Assembly: GCA_963713975.1 (NCBI GenBank)
Contig: OY970218.1
Location: 3,008,001-3,072,000 of the forward strand
Reading direction: 5' to 3'
Length of the DNA stretch: 64,000 bases
DNA from: an uncultured Chloroflexia bacterium
GTDB lineage: Bacteria > Chloroflexota > Limnocylindria > Limnocylindrales > CSP1-4
Under the pieces are notes generated by a model. The model had not been told where the DNA came from and ran no database searches. It was given only the letters and a program-made list of their open reading frames with translations. The position numbers and the translations under genes are program-made. Positions 19,991 to 30,205 of this stretch are shown here, one piece after another (within the stretch, counting starts at the first letter, position 1; every line of letters starts with the position of its first letter).

Positions 19991-21151
19991 GTGACCGGCG
20001 CTGCCAGCTTCGAGGTGCTCGTCCCGCCGCCCGCCGGTGGTGGCACCCGCGCGCGGCTCGGCCGGCTGACCCTTCCGCACGGTACCGTGGAGACGCCGCA
20101 GTTCATGCCTGTGGGCACCAACGCGACGGTCAAGGCCCTCCATCCCGACGAGGTCGCGGCGGCGGGCGCGAGCATCATCCTCGCCAACACCTACCACCTC
20201 TACCTGCGTCCCGGTCACGAGCGGATCGAGCGCCTCGGCGGCCTCCACCGGTTCATGGGCTGGGACGGCCCCATCCTCACGGACTCTGGTGGCTTCCAGG
20301 TGGTGTCGATGGGCGAGCTCCGGTCCATCGATGATGGCGGGGCGACGTTCAAGAGCCACCTCGACGGATCGACGCACCGCTTCACGCCCGAGCACTCGAT
20401 CGCGGTCCAGCAGGCCCTCGGCCCGGACGTGGCGGTGGTCCTGGACCAGCCGGTCTTCCCCAGTGAGCCACGGGCGGTCGTCGAGGATGCGATGCGCCGG
20501 ACCCACCACTGGGCCGTCCGCTCCCTGGAGGCGCACACGAGAACGGACCAGGCGCTGTTCGGCATCGTGCAGGGCGGGCTGGACCCTGAGCTGCGCGAGG
20601 AGTCGGCACGCTACATCGCGTCGCTGCCGTTTGACGGCATCAACATCGGCGGGCTCGCGGGCGACGAGACACCGGACCAGCGGAACGCAACCCTGGACGC
20701 GACGGTCCCGTTCCTGGAGGGTGACCCGAGACCGCGCTACCTCATGGGCCTGGGGTCGCCGCTGGACCTCCTGGAGGCGGTGCATCGGGGCGTGGACATG
20801 TTCGACTCGGTCCTGCCGGCGCGGGTCGCGCGCAACGGCCAGCTGTGGGTCCCGGGGGAGCGGCTGAACCTGCGCAACGAGCGCTACCGTGACGACCCGC
20901 GGCCGGTCCAGGAGGGCTGTCCGTGTCCGCTCTGCATCCGGTTCTCGCGGGCCTATCTGAGCCACCTCTTCCGGGCCAAGGAGATGCTCGCCTACCGCCT
21001 CGCGACTTGTCACAACCTCACCTTCACCCTAGACTTCATGGCCGGGATCCGAGCCGCGCTGCGCGCCGGAACCTTCCCTGTCCAACTGCCCGAGCTGCGC
21101 TCCCGTGCCGTACGGATGAGTGGCAGTGAAGGCGCCGCAAAGCCGGCGTGA
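19991..21151 (+). CDS. tgt: tRNA-guanine transglycosylase
   Basis: TPQFMPVGT, NTYHL, TDSGGFQ, GIVQGG, PRYLMG, DMFDSV, CPCPLC...HN zinc site. Confidence 0.96.
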   Translation: MTGAASFEVLVPPPAGGGTRARLGRLTLPHGTVETPQFMPVGTNATVKALHPDEVAAAGASIILANTYHLYLRPGHERIERLGGLHRFMGWDGPILTDSGGFQVVSMGELRSIDDGGATFKSHLDGSTHRFTPEHSIAVQQALGPDVAVVLDQPVFPSEPRAVVEDAMRRTHHWAVRSLEAHTRTDQALFGIVQGGLDPELREESARYIASLPFDGINIGGLAGDETPDQRNATLDATVPFLEGDPRPRYLMGLGSPLDLLEAVHRGVDMFDSVLPARVARNGQLWVPGERLNLRNERYRDDPRPVQEGCPCPLCIRFSRAYLSHLFRAKEMLAYRLATCHNLTFTLDFMAGIRAALRAGTFPVQLPELRSRAVRMSGSEGAAKPA

Positions 21152-21193
21152 AGTCCGTGTCGGTACCGTCAGTCGCACGTGGAGGCGGAACAC

Positions 21194-21352
21194 ATGGGAT
21201 CGCGGGATCGCCCCTCCAAGGAAGTCAAGAAGAAGCCCAAGGACAAGTCGACGCCGGCCAAGCTGACGCCGCTCTCAGAGGCCCCGCAACAGGCGGAGCT
21301 GATCAAGAAGCCGCGCAAGCCGCGGTGGGACGGGGAGTCCGGCGAAGGCTGA
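21194..21352 (+). CDS. Small Lys/Pro-rich protein (52 aa), not in the ORF track
   Basis: GGAGG at 21181-21185, then ATG; translates to [52 protein letters not shown]; high-GC3 codons (AAG, CCG, GCC). Confidence 0.75.
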   Translation: MGSRDRPSKEVKKKPKDKSTPAKLTPLSEAPQQAELIKKPRKPRWDGESGEG

Positions 21353-21422
21353 CGCGGCAGGCGGGCGGGGACCGGGTCCCGCTCCGTCGGGTCGGCCGAG
21401 GCCGCCAGGAGCGAGGACACAG

Positions 21423-22496
<1,074 letters not shown>

Positions 22497-22519
22497 CCGG
22501 CCAGTGGCGGCGCCACCAG

Positions 22520-23143
22520 ATGAACAGCGACGAACGGGCGCCTGGTCTCGACGCCCGTTCCCGTCCCCGCAAGCCCACGTTCGCCGAGCGCCGTGAGCGC
22601 CGTGCCGCCGTCGAGGACGCAGCCGAGGTGCTCGACGCCGCCGCCCAATTCCTCGAGGCGCGCCCGAGGTCCGTCTCGGAGGTGCAGCGGAAGCTCGCGG
22701 GCTTGGGCTATCGATCGTCCCTCGTGGCCGAGGTCACCACCAGGCTGGTGGAGCTCGGCTACCTCGATGACGAGGCGTTCACCCGGGCGTGGATCGAGTC
22801 CCGTGACCGGGCGCGGCCGCGGGGCGAGTACGCGCTGCGGCGGGAGCTGCAGTTGAAGGGCGTCGCCGCCGACGTGATCGCGGCCGCGCTGGCGGAGCGT
22901 GCGGAGCTCACCGCCCCGGCCGTCGGGGACGGGTCGGAGGATCCGGGGGCACAGGGGGTCGACGAGGCGGCGGCGGCGCGGCTGCTCGAGCGCCGGGCGT
23001 CGTCCCTGCTCCGGGAGGCGGACCTCCGCCGGCGCCGCTCAAAGGCGTACGCGCTGCTGGCGCGGAACGGATTTGCCCCGGATGTGTGCTCCGCCGTCAC
23101 GGCGAAGTGGCTCGCCGTCGAGGACCCCGACGCGGCGCACTAG
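22520..23143 (+). CDS. recX: Regulatory protein RecX
   Basis: RPRSVSEV, GYLDDEAF, ELQLKGV, LARNGF motifs; directly downstream of recA. Confidence 0.9.
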   Translation: MNSDERAPGLDARSRPRKPTFAERRERRAAVEDAAEVLDAAAQFLEARPRSVSEVQRKLAGLGYRSSLVAEVTTRLVELGYLDDEAFTRAWIESRDRARPRGEYALRRELQLKGVAADVIAAALAERAELTAPAVGDGSEDPGAQGVDEAAAARLLERRASSLLREADLRRRRSKAYALLARNGFAPDVCSAVTAKWLAVEDPDAAH

Positions 23144-23204
23144 GCGCATGCCTTCCGCGGGCCATCTGCCAGCCCGATCCGGTGGCCCGTAGTAGGCTAC
23201 GCAG

Positions 23205-23357
23205 TCAACCGGATGCGGACCTCATGGCCGCCTCCGGGCGAGCCGCGACACCGGTGGAGAGCGGTGGGAGCCCCAGTCGGGCCTGCCCGCTCCCGAGCCC
23301 AAGCGAATGCCGGTGGTGCGTAGCCCGAAGCCGAATCTCGTCAACGCGTCCGGCGCA
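23205..23357 (+). ncRNA. Candidate 6S RNA (long irregular hairpin with central bubble)
   Basis: -10-like TAGGCT at 23193-23198; closing stem 23209-23217 pairs with 23345-23353; inner helices 23235-23239/23323-23327 and 23249-23255/23309-23315; located between recX and rny. Confidence 0.6.
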
Positions 23358-23386
23358 TTCATCCCGCCGGATGGGAGGAACCGAAG

Positions 23387-24916
23387 ATGGAGCCGATTGT
23401 CGCCATTGCGGCCGTGGTGGTCGTGGGCGCGCTCGGCATCGCGGTGGGGTTCGTCGCCCGCGCGATGCTGTCGAGCCAGACCCTCAAAGCTGCCCAGGAC
23501 AAGGCGGCGCGCATCGTGGCCGAGGCCCGTACACAGCAGAAGGACATGATCCTCGAGGCCAAGGACGAGAAGCTGCGCCTGCAGCGGGAGGCCGAGGACG
23601 AAGCCCGTGCGAAGCGCGCCGAGCTCCAGAACCTGGAGCGCCGTCTCCTCTCACGCGACGAGCAGCTTGACCAGCGCGGCGACATGCTCGAGGAGAAGAG
23701 CCGCAAGATCGGGGACCGCGAGCGCGATGTCGAGCACCAGCGCGACGAGCTTGGCCGCCTCAGCCAGGAGCGCGTCGCCGCCCTCGAGCGCGTGTCCGGC
23801 CTGTCCGCCGAGGACGCCAAGGGGATCCTGCTTGAGGCCATCCGCGAGGAGGCCGAGCACGACGCCGTCAAGCTCTCCCGCGCCATCGAGCGGAGCGCAC
23901 GCGAGGAGGCCGGGGACAAGGCACGCGAGATCATCGTCACCGCGATGCAGCGCGTGGCCGCCGACCACACGGCTGAGCACACGGTCACCGTGGTCCACCT
24001 GCCCAGCGACGAGATGAAGGGCCGGATCATCGGTCGCGAGGGGCGCAACATCCGCGCCCTCGAGCAGGCCACCGGCATCGACCTCATCATCGACGACACG
24101 CCCGAGACCGTCATCCTGTCCGGGTTCGACCCGGTCCGGCGCGAGGTCGCGCGCGTCGCCATCACGAAGCTCATCGCGGACGGCCGGATCCACCCCGGGC
24201 GGATCGAGGAGGTCGTCAACAAGGCCCGCGCCGAGGTCGACCTCGTCATCCGCCAAGCGGGCGAGCAGGCGGTCTACGACGCCGGCGTCCCGGGCCTGCC
24301 GGCCGACATGGTCAAGCTGCTCGGGCGGCTCAAGTACCGCACCAGCTACGGCCAGAACGTGCTCGTGCACTGCGTCGAGACCAGCCACCTCGCGGCGATC
24401 ATCGCGGCAGAGGTCGGCGCCGACGTTCAGGCTGCCAAGCTCGGCGGCCTGCTCCACGACATGGGCAAGGGCATCGACCATGAGGTGGAGGGGCCGCATG
24501 CGGCCATCGGTGCCGCCGTCGCCCAGAAGCACAACCTCTCGTTCAAGGTCGTCAACGCGATCGCCGCTCACCATCAGGAGGTCGAGTACGCCTGCGTGGA
24601 GGCACCGATCGTCCAGATCGCAGACGCCATCTCGGCGTCCCGACCGGGCGCCCGTGGCGAGGCCATGGACACCTACGTCAAGCGCCTCGAGGACCTTCAG
24701 GCGATCGCCGACAGCTTCACCGGGGTGGAGCGCTCGTTCGCGGTCCAGGCGGGGCGCGAAGTCCGGATCCTGGTCCGACCCGAGGAGATCGACGACCTGT
24801 CCGCGAGCCGGCTCGCGAGGGACATCGTCAAGAAGATCGAAGACTCGATGACGTATCCCGGCCAGATCAAGGTTACGGTGATCCGCGAGACCCGCGCGGT
24901 CGAGTACGCGAAGTAG
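23387..24916 (+). CDS. rny: Ribonuclease Y
   Basis: N-terminal TM, coiled coil, KH motif [16 protein letters not shown] motif [18 protein letters not shown]. Confidence 0.98.
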   Translation: MEPIVAIAAVVVVGALGIAVGFVARAMLSSQTLKAAQDKAARIVAEARTQQKDMILEAKDEKLRLQREAEDEARAKRAELQNLERRLLSRDEQLDQRGDMLEEKSRKIGDRERDVEHQRDELGRLSQERVAALERVSGLSAEDAKGILLEAIREEAEHDAVKLSRAIERSAREEAGDKAREIIVTAMQRVAADHTAEHTVTVVHLPSDEMKGRIIGREGRNIRALEQATGIDLIIDDTPETVILSGFDPVRREVARVAITKLIADGRIHPGRIEEVVNKARAEVDLVIRQAGEQAVYDAGVPGLPADMVKLLGRLKYRTSYGQNVLVHCVETSHLAAIIAAEVGADVQAAKLGGLLHDMGKGIDHEVEGPHAAIGAAVAQKHNLSFKVVNAIAAHHQEVEYACVEAPIVQIADAISASRPGARGEAMDTYVKRLEDLQAIADSFTGVERSFAVQAGREVRILVRPEEIDDLSASRLARDIVKKIEDSMTYPGQIKVTVIRETRAVEYAK

Positions 24917-24930
24917 GGGAGCGAGGCATC

Positions 24931-25794
24931 GTGGCCGGCCGCAGCGACCGGGCGGGGCTCGGCAACCCGCCCAACGGCAACGCGCCCCGTCCTCCGGGCG
25001 CCTGCCGGATCCTGATGATCGGCGACGTGATCGGCAAGCCGGGACGTATCGCCGTGGAGCAGGTCCTGCCCGGGCTCCGCGATGAGCGAGGCGTTGACTT
25101 CGTGACCGCCAACGGCGAGAACCTTGCCGGCGGGATGGGCCTCACCGTCTCCACCGCAGAGGCCCTGTTCGCCGCCGGCGTGGACGTCGTGACGTCGGGC
25201 AACCACATCTGGGACAAGCGCGAGATCTACCCGTTTCTGGACCAGAACGACCGCGTGCTGCGCCCGCTCAACTACGGCACCCACGGCGTTCCGGGGCGCG
25301 GCTGGGGCACCTACGAGGCGCTCGACGGCTCCGAGTTGGCCGTCGTCAACCTCCAGGGCCGGACCTTCATGCAGCCGATCGACAACCCGTTCACGGAGGC
25401 GGACCGGCTGCTGGACGAGGCGTCCGAGCCGCTTCCGCCCATCAGGCTGGTGGACTTCCACTGCGAGATCACGTCCGAGAAGACGGCCCTGGGCCTCTAC
25501 CTCGACGGGCGCGTGTCGGTCGTCGTCGGCACCCACACGCACGTGGTCACCGGCGACGAGCGGATCCTGCCCAAGGGCACGGCCTACCAGTCCGACCTGG
25601 GGATGACGGGGCCCCTGTGGAGCGTGATCGGATTCAACCCGGCGACCGTCCTGCCGCAATTCATCAACGCACTTCCCACGCGGTTCGAGGTGGGCGACGG
25701 CCCGGTGATCCTCAACGCCTGCCAGATCGATGTGGACCCGGCCACCGGACGCGCCCTCCAGATCGAGCGGATCTCCCGCCTCGTCGAGGTCTGA
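24931..25794 (+). CDS. ymdB: TIGR00282/YmdB family metallophosphoesterase
   Basis: IGDVIG, NGEN, SGNHIWD, DFHCEITSEK, GTHTHV, DLGMTG motifs; follows rny. Confidence 0.93.
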   Translation: MAGRSDRAGLGNPPNGNAPRPPGACRILMIGDVIGKPGRIAVEQVLPGLRDERGVDFVTANGENLAGGMGLTVSTAEALFAAGVDVVTSGNHIWDKREIYPFLDQNDRVLRPLNYGTHGVPGRGWGTYEALDGSELAVVNLQGRTFMQPIDNPFTEADRLLDEASEPLPPIRLVDFHCEITSEKTALGLYLDGRVSVVVGTHTHVVTGDERILPKGTAYQSDLGMTGPLWSVIGFNPATVLPQFINALPTRFEVGDGPVILNACQIDVDPATGRALQIERISRLVEV

Positions 25795-25796
25795 CC

Positions 25797-26726
25797 ATGG
25801 CAGGGCGGCAAGTCGCGCGCCCGGAGGACCGGACACCCCTCGACGGGACCGCCACCGCCGACGTCCACACCCACACCCGCCGCTCGGACGGGGTCCTGGA
25901 ACCGGCCGAGCTGCTCCGGCAGGTATACGCCGCAGGGGTGCGCCTGTTCGCGATCGCGGACCATGACAACCTCGCGGCCTACCGCGAGCTCACGGCTCCC
26001 GGTGCGGATCCCCTTCCGGACGACCTGGCGCTGGTCCCGGCCGTGGAGATCAACGCCATCACACGCGGGCTGGACCTGGACCTGCCCGAAGGGGAGCTGC
26101 ACGTCCTGGGGATCGGCGTGGACCCCGCCAGCGAGCCGTTCGAGATCGCCATCGCAGCCCAGCGCGACGCCCGCCGGCACCGCTTCACCGCGACGGTCGC
26201 GCGGCTTCGCGACATCGGGCTGCCGGTCGACGCGCACCTGGACCCCGCCATCATGGAGAGCGACGACGCCCTGGGTCGCCCGACCCTCGCCCGCGCACTC
26301 GTTGCCGCGGGTTTCGCCGAGTCCGTCGAGGACGCCTTCCGCCGGGTCCTCGGCCACGGGTTGCCCGGTTACGTCCCGCGGACGGGGATGGGTCCCGTGG
26401 AGGCGATCCACGCGATCCGGGCCGCGGGCGGGCTCGCGGCGATCGCCCACTTCGCGGAGGCTCCGCAGCACCTGCCGCTGATGCGCGAGCTCATCGGCGA
26501 GGGGCTCGACGGACTCGAGACGCACCATCGCTCCTTCGACGCCGCGACGCGCGATGCGATGGCGGCCGTGGCGGAGCTGCTCGGCCTGGTCGAGACCGGC
26601 GGCACGGACTACCACGGCGATCTCGGCGACTACGCCTCCAGCCACGCCTTGCTCGTGATGCCGGATGACCTCGTGGGCGGTCTTCGGGCGGCCCTCAGGA
26701 CGCGGGCTCGGCCGGCTCTTCCTTGA
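25797..26726 (+). CDS. PHP domain protein (TrpH/YciV-like phosphoesterase)
   Basis: DVHTHTRRSDG, ADHD, HVLG, AH, GGTDYHG motifs. Confidence 0.9.
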   Translation: MAGRQVARPEDRTPLDGTATADVHTHTRRSDGVLEPAELLRQVYAAGVRLFAIADHDNLAAYRELTAPGADPLPDDLALVPAVEINAITRGLDLDLPEGELHVLGIGVDPASEPFEIAIAAQRDARRHRFTATVARLRDIGLPVDAHLDPAIMESDDALGRPTLARALVAAGFAESVEDAFRRVLGHGLPGYVPRTGMGPVEAIHAIRAAGGLAAIAHFAEAPQHLPLMRELIGEGLDGLETHHRSFDAATRDAMAAVAELLGLVETGGTDYHGDLGDYASSHALLVMPDDLVGGLRAALRTRARPALP

Positions 26727-27462
26727 CGAAGGTCGGGTGAAGGTCCACGGGAGTGCCCCGGCTGCGCTTGCGGGCGACCAGGTTGAGCATCTCGACGAAG
26801 ACCGAGAAACCCATCGCCACGTACACGTAGCCCTTGGGGACGTGGAACCCGACACCGTCTGCGATCAGCGTGACGCCGATCAGCAAGAGGAATGAGAGGG
26901 CCAGCATCTTGACCGTCGGGTGCTCGTGGACGAAGCGCGAGATCGGGCCCGACGCGAACAGCATGACGCCGACGGCCAGCACGACCGCGATGATCATGAT
27001 CGCGACGTCGTTCGCCATGCCCACCGCGGTCAGCACCGAGTCCAGGGAGAAGACGATGTCGAGGATCACGATCTGGACCAGCACCGAGCCCATCGAGGCG
27101 GCCGGGCCGCTGACCGTGTGACCCTCGTCGCCCTCCAGCGCCTCGTGGATCTCCGTGGTGGCCTTCCAGATCAGGAACAGGCCGCCGCCGATGAGGATCA
27201 GGTCCCTGACCGACACGGGGTGGTCGGCGATGGTGACCACGGGCTGCGTGAGCCCGACGATCCAGGTGATCGACAGCAGCAGCAGGATCCGCATTCCCAT
27301 CGCCAGGACCAGGCCGATGGTGCGGGCCCGGTCGCGCTGGTCATCGGGCAGGCGCTGGACCAGCACCGAGATGAACACGACATTGTCGATGCCGAGCACG
27401 ATCTCCATGACCGTGAGGGTCAGCAGGGCGATCCACGCCTCGGGACTCGTCAACCATTCCAT
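26695..27462 (-). CDS. TerC family membrane protein
   Basis: EIVLGIDN, DIVFSLDSV, PKGYVY motifs; multiple TM helices. Confidence 0.93.
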   Translation of the reverse strand: MEWLTSPEAWIALLTLTVMEIVLGIDNVVFISVLVQRLPDDQRDRARTIGLVLAMGMRILLLLSITWIVGLTQPVVTIADHPVSVRDLILIGGGLFLIWKATTEIHEALEGDEGHTVSGPAASMGSVLVQIVILDIVFSLDSVLTAVGMANDVAIMIIAVVLAVGVMLFASGPISRFVHEHPTVKMLALSFLLLIGVTLIADGVGFHVPKGYVYVAMGFSVFVEMLNLVARKRSRGTPVDLHPTFVKEEPAEPAS

Positions 27463-27555
27463 CGCCACAGAGTAGCGGGCATTCGGTCCTCTCCGCCGGG
27501 CGGCCGGCAGTCATGGCCCGGCGACCCGGCGAGAGGCACTACCATCACGGGCAAC

Positions 27556-29223
27556 ATGCCGTCCCGCAGCCTTCCCGTCCTGGACACCATCCCGCCCGTC
27601 GAGCCGCCCTCGGGGCCGAGAGAGCCGCTCGCGCCCAACGACGAGCGTATTGCCGAGTTTCGTCCGGAACCCCGGGCGCTGCCCGCCTTCTACGTGTGGA
27701 CGCTGGGCTGCCAGATGAACAAGAGCGACTCGGAGGAGATGGCGGGCCGCCTGCTGGCCGCCGGCTGTGCCGAGGCGCCGTCCATGGACGAGGCCGACGT
27801 CATCGTCATCAACACGTGTGCCATCCGCGAGGCCGCGGAAGCGAAGGTCGTCGGCCGTCAGGGGCACCTCAGCCGCCTCAAAGCCGCCAGCCCGGGTCTG
27901 CGGGTCGTCCTCACGGGATGCTCTGTCCGCGAGTCGAACCGGGCCGGCCTGCAGCGCCGCTATCCCGCGGTCGACCTGTTCCTGCGGCCGGACGAGGAGC
28001 CCGAGCTGATCGACCGTCTGGGGCTTGCCTCCGCACAGGCACCGGTCGGCGCGCTCGCCGCGACCGCGGCCACGACGGTCGTCAAGGGAGCTCCCGTCTC
28101 GGACGCGACGCACCTGGTGCGAGCTCGCGCCGACGCGATCGCCGGTGGTGCCGTCAGTCGCTCGTCGTCCATCAGCGCCTGGCTGCCGATCATCTACGGG
28201 TGCGACAAGACCTGCACGTACTGCATCGTCCCCTTCAGCCGTGGCCCCGAGCGCAGCCGCCCCTTCGACGAGATCATCGACGAGGCCCGCGGGCTCGCTG
28301 CCGCCGGGTTCCGGGAGGTCACGCTCCTTGGCCAGAACGTCAACAGCTACGGCCATGACCTGCCGGTGGAGCCCCGGTTCGCTCACGTCATCACGGCACG
28401 CTCGGTCGGCCGCCAGCAAGACCGGGAGGCACGACCCGACCTCGCGGAGCTGATTCGCACTATCGACGGGCTGGGTGTGGGCGGGGACGCCCCCTCGCTC
28501 CCGCGCCTGCGGTTCGTCACCTCCCATCCATGGGACCTGTCGGACCGCCTGATCGACGCGATGGCCGACTGCTCGACGGTGTGCCGGGCGCTGCACCTGC
28601 CGGTCCAGTCCGGCGCCGACTCGATGCTGCGGCGGATGGGTCGCCAGTACACGATCGAGCACTACCTCGAACGCCTCGCCCGGATCCGGGAGGCGGTGCC
28701 CGGCATCGCGCTCTCGACCGACATCATTGTCGGGTTCTGCGGCGAGACCGAAGCCGAGTACGAGGCAACCCTGGGCCTGCTGGAGACGGTCCGTTACGAC
28801 CAGGTCTTCGCGGCCGCGTACAGCGAGCGGCCGGGCACGCCCGCAACACGCCTCGCCGACGACGTCCCGGCCGCGGAGAAGCGCCGCCGGCTGGTCGAGC
28901 TCCTGGGCCGCCAGGAGGCCATCGGGTTCGAGCGCAACCGCGCCTGGGTCGGACGGACGGCCGAGGTCCTCGTGGACACGATCGTCCCGCCGCGGAACCA
29001 CGAGCACGACGACGATGGAGACGAGGCGCTCGAGGCGGCCGGGACGGCGACCTCCGCCCGGGATGCCTTCAGGGACCTCGCCGACGGAGCGGTCCACCTC
29101 GCCGGCCGGTCCCGCGAGAACAAGCTGGTCCACGTCGCCGGGTCGCCCGACCTGCTGGGCCGCGAAGTCCGCGTGATGATCGACCACGCCGGGCCGTACG
29201 CGCTCCGCGGCCGGCTGGACTGA
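27556..29223 (+). CDS. miaB: tRNA-2-methylthio-N6-dimethylallyladenosine synthase
   Basis: TLGCQMN, NTCAIRE, radical SAM motif CDKTCTYC, LLGQNVNSYG, C-terminal TRAM-like domain; adjacent to miaA. Confidence 0.93.
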   Translation: MPSRSLPVLDTIPPVEPPSGPREPLAPNDERIAEFRPEPRALPAFYVWTLGCQMNKSDSEEMAGRLLAAGCAEAPSMDEADVIVINTCAIREAAEAKVVGRQGHLSRLKAASPGLRVVLTGCSVRESNRAGLQRRYPAVDLFLRPDEEPELIDRLGLASAQAPVGALAATAATTVVKGAPVSDATHLVRARADAIAGGAVSRSSSISAWLPIIYGCDKTCTYCIVPFSRGPERSRPFDEIIDEARGLAAAGFREVTLLGQNVNSYGHDLPVEPRFAHVITARSVGRQQDREARPDLAELIRTIDGLGVGGDAPSLPRLRFVTSHPWDLSDRLIDAMADCSTVCRALHLPVQSGADSMLRRMGRQYTIEHYLERLARIREAVPGIALSTDIIVGFCGETEAEYEATLGLLETVRYDQVFAAAYSERPGTPATRLADDVPAAEKRRRLVELLGRQEAIGFERNRAWVGRTAEVLVDTIVPPRNHEHDDDGDEALEAAGTATSARDAFRDLADGAVHLAGRSRENKLVHVAGSPDLLGREVRVMIDHAGPYALRGRLD

Positions 29224-29230
29224 GGGCGCG

Positions 29231-30163
29231 GTGCCGCTCGCCCCCATCATCGCGATCGGAGGACCGACCGCAACCGGCAAGACGGGTCTCGCGATCACGC
29301 TCGCGGAGCGGCTGATGGCGATGGGGATCCCTGCCGAGGTCGTGTCCGCGGACTCGCGCCAGGTGTTCCGGGGGCTCGACATCGGGACGGCGAAGGCGAC
29401 ACCCGGTGAGCGGGCACGGGTCGTGCACCACGGTCTGGATCTCGTCGACCCGGACGAGGCGTACTCGATCGCGGACTTCAGGCGCCATGCCCTTGACGCC
29501 CTCGGGTCGCTGGGGGAGCGTGCCGGCGTGGGGATCCTTGCCGGGGGAACGGGCTTCTGGCTGCGTGCCATCACGGCCGGGATCGACACCGAGGCGTTGC
29601 CGTCCGACGCGGAGCTGCGGGCCCGGCTGGAGGCCGACCTCGCACGCGACGGAATCGCGGACCTCGCCGCGCGGCTGGCGGACGTCGCGCCCGGCCTGGC
29701 CTCCCGCACGGACCTGCGCAACCCGCGTCGCGTCGTGCGTGCGCTGGAGATCGCCACGCTGCAGGGCGACGCACCGCTACCCGAGCCGGTCGGCTACCCG
29801 GCGCCCGTGCTCGGCCTCCAGCTCGTGCTCGAGCCCGTCGAGCACCGTCGCCGGATCGAGGCCCGTGCCCGCATCCAGTTCGATGCCGGGCTGGTGGAGG
29901 AGGCCCGAGCCTTGCGCGATCGTTTCGATCCCGGGCTGCCGGCCTTCTCGGCGATCGGGTACCGGGAGAGCTGGGCGGTCCTGGACGGCGACATCGACCT
30001 CGAAACCGCCATCGGGCTCGATACCCAGCGCAACGTCGCCTTCGCGCGGCGCCAGCGGACGTGGTTCCGTCGCGAGCCGGGTCTCTCGGTCCTCGACGCA
30101 ACCGTCGATCCGGCCACAACGGCGATCGGTCACCTCGAGGGGCTCCTCGCCGCCCTCGCGTGA
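29231..30163 (+). CDS. miaA: tRNA dimethylallyltransferase
   Basis: GPTATGKT, SADSRQ, DIGTAK, GGTG, AIGY, RRQRTWF motifs. Confidence 0.95.
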   Translation: MPLAPIIAIGGPTATGKTGLAITLAERLMAMGIPAEVVSADSRQVFRGLDIGTAKATPGERARVVHHGLDLVDPDEAYSIADFRRHALDALGSLGERAGVGILAGGTGFWLRAITAGIDTEALPSDAELRARLEADLARDGIADLAARLADVAPGLASRTDLRNPRRVVRALEIATLQGDAPLPEPVGYPAPVLGLQLVLEPVEHRRRIEARARIQFDAGLVEEARALRDRFDPGLPAFSAIGYRESWAVLDGDIDLETAIGLDTQRNVAFARRQRTWFRREPGLSVLDATVDPATTAIGHLEGLLAALA

Positions 30164-30205
30164 CCAGCCAGGCCTGGTCCGGGCTGCCGGTATGCTGGTG
30201 CCACC

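Noticed and set aside
25797-26726. PHP protein as the missing histidinol-phosphatase
   Set aside because: Motifs and rny-ymdB context fit the TrpH/YciV subfamily better, and it is not linked to the his genes
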